Below are positions 39,886 to 40,019 of a stretch of DNA of 40,019 bases, piece by piece. The stretch comes from Macrostomum lignano (taxonomy: Eukaryota). The first letter of the stretch is position 1. Every line of letters starts with the position of its first letter. The stretch lies in NCBI GenBank assembly GCA_002269645.1, contig NIVC01004636.1, positions 1 through 40,019 of the forward strand, in the 5' to 3' direction. The notes under the pieces are model-generated. The model was given only the letters and a program-made list of their open reading frames with translations, did no database searches and was not told the origin of the DNA. A program made the position numbers and the translations under genes.

Positions 39886-40019
39886 CGGGTTCTGTGCGGT
39901 GAAAATAGGATTTTGGCTTAGAGCTAAAGCCTATCAGTGACTAAAAAAGCTTAGTGAATCTTTAAAAAAACAAAAGCAACAATCGAGTAGGTCTATGGTC
40001 CAATAAAAACGTAGGAATA

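Overview
Eukaryotic (metazoan) genomic DNA. GC-rich spliced exons and a different minisatellite in almost every long intron resemble the flatworm Macrostomum, but the organism is an inference. The left third is a complete, very young 12.9-kb LTR retroelement on the minus strand (549-13483). It has near-identical ~1985-bp LTRs, a 4-bp TSD (GAAA), an 18-nt tRNA-Leu PBS and a PPT. It encodes Gag and an aspartic protease joined by a -1 frameshift signal, and no RT/RNase H/integrase is recognisable. In their place are an intact 388-aa unknown ORF and a divergent antisense ORF. The rest holds five spliced host genes reconstructed by eye: a Gab/DOS PH adaptor (-), a GPI-type protein with two 8-Cys domains (+), DUSP11/PIR1 with a His-rich repeat tail (-), a UCP-like SLC25 carrier (-, start codon not found) and a NUDT17-like gene (-) frameshifted right after the Nudix box. 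About 20 distinct tandem arrays fill introns and intergenic space. Exon models and homology calls come from GT-AG/phase consistency and remembered family motifs; no searches were run.
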